55,926 nucleotides of DNA from positions 1-55,926 of the forward strand of contig CABXSA010000004.1 of assembly GCA_902514765.1 (NCBI GenBank), given 5' to 3'. Position numbers and translations under genes: made by a program. The stretch is from an uncultured SAR86 cluster bacterium. Lineage in GTDB: Bacteria > Pseudomonadota > Gammaproteobacteria > Magnimaribacterales > AG-339-G14. Shown piece after piece: positions 54,964-55,926 of this stretch. The notes beneath the pieces were generated by a model. It saw only the letters and a program-made list of their open reading frames with translations. It had not been told where the DNA came from and searched no databases. The stretch's first letter is position 1. Each line of letters opens with the position of its first letter.

Positions 54964-55926
54964 CGATTATTTCTTTAGCTTCAAAGATTTTTTTTAGAGA
55001 ACTTAAATCAGGGCAGCTGCTACTGATGTTTTTATCTCTGTCTTTAGCGGTAGGTATTGTTGCCTCGATAACATTTTTCACAGACCGCTTGGATAGTTCA
55101 CTGATGTTTGAATCTAAACAGTTTTTAGGAGGAGACCTTAAATTTGAATCAAGCACTCCTTTGGATGAATCAGTATTTCCTGAGGGAGATTATTCTTATA
55201 CGATAATCTATGAATTTGGTTCGGTTCTAGGTTCTGATACAAACTTTCAACTTGCCTCTATTAAATCAGTTTCTTCTCCTTATCCTTTAGTAGGAGAAAT
55301 AGAAATCCTAGATAGCAATAGCAAACAAATAATTAAAAAAAATCCACCAGCAAGTGGAAAAGTTTGGCTTGATGCTCGTTTGGCAAGTCTTTTAGAGGTT
55401 ACTGTTGGCGAAATGGTTAATATTGGTGAGAAGAATTTTTCAGTAAGTGGAATAATTCTATCCGAATCTGACCGAGGAGCAGGATCTTTCGCTTTTGCTC
55501 CTAAAGCTATTATGAATTCAGCTGACCTTAAAGAAGCAAATGTTATTCAACCTGGCTCAAGAGTGAGATATTCCTATACTTTTTTAAGCTCAATTGAAAC
55601 TATAAAAATGTTAGAAACTTTTTTTCAATCAATAAAAAAGCCTGGTGATGACATAGAAACGCCTAACAACGAGGCAAGTCCATTGGGCAGAGCCATAAAA
55701 AGAGCATCCAATTTTTTTCTCTTAGGTGCTTTACTTGCAATAATTTTATCTTCTTTGGCTATAGCAATTTGTTCGTTGCAATTTATCAGACGTCATGTGG
55801 ATTATGTTGCTGTTTTTAAAGCCCTTGGGCTTGCTCCATCGCAAATAAGAAACACATATTTTTTGGTCTTTGGCTTAATAGCGTTATTTTCATTTTTAAC
55901 TGGTATTTTAATTGGCTGGATTGTTC
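54960..55926 (+). CDS. ybbP: FtsX-like ABC permease (YbbP-like), truncated by the window end
   Basis: Manual translation MTIISLASKIFFRELKSGQLLLMFLSLSLAV...FFTDRL...FLGGDL; ATGA overlap with ybbA. Confidence 0.85.
   Translation, partial: MTIISLASKIFFRELKSGQLLLMFLSLSLAVGIVASITFFTDRLDSSLMFESKQFLGGDLKFESSTPLDESVFPEGDYSYTIIYEFGSVLGSDTNFQLASIKSVSSPYPLVGEIEILDSNSKQIIKKNPPASGKVWLDARLASLLEVTVGEMVNIGEKNFSVSGIILSESDRGAGSFAFAPKAIMNSADLKEANVIQPGSRVRYSYTFLSSIETIKMLETFFQSIKKPGDDIETPNNEASPLGRAIKRASNFFLLGALLAIILSSLAIAICSLQFIRRHVDYVAVFKALGLAPSQIRNTYFLVFGLIALFSFLTGILIGWIV

Noticed and set aside
5954-55156. Many 60-140 aa ORFs antisense or out of frame to identified genes (e.g. 12322-12537, 24463-24837, 48395-48820)
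   Set aside because: Shadow ORFs of well-supported genes, with no motifs or RBS.

Overview
A 56-kb chromosomal segment of an AT-rich, tightly packed gammaproteobacterium (the 23S carries the GAM42a signature; gene content and compaction suggest a SAR86-like marine lineage, which is inference). Bases 1-35,200 are housekeeping: a minus-strand rRNA operon (16S, tRNA-less ITS, 23S), tyrS, M23 peptidase, anmK, erpA, argC, thiDE, pfkB kinase, dksA, folK, acs, msrA, MBL/Nudix pair, nnrD, tsaE, priA, rpmE2, typA, dut, coaBC, rpmB, rpmG, maf, lnt, L,D-transpeptidase, gpx, rpiA, ilvA, fau, 6S RNA, zapA, zapB-like, pepP and a Ubi hydroxylase. Bases 35,200-53,650 are an iron/heme region. It holds four clear Fur boxes, a siderophore-interacting protein with a DUF2470-like domain, a secreted DUF6607-like protein, a complete heme b pathway that starts with an ALA synthase (C4 route, atypical for Gammaproteobacteria) and uses a HemC-HemD fusion, two TonB-dependent receptors and a FutABC-type Fe3+ ABC transporter. 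The window ends in tesA-ybbA-ybbP. Top candidate for novelty: the unusually long 3' trailer of the Fur-boxed TonB receptor contains 13 nt perfectly complementary to the RBS and start codon of the neighbouring ALA synthase gene, suggesting a 3'UTR-derived iron-sparing sRNA. No CRISPR array, tRNA, prophage or IS element was seen. All family calls are by eye from motifs and synteny; no database was searched.
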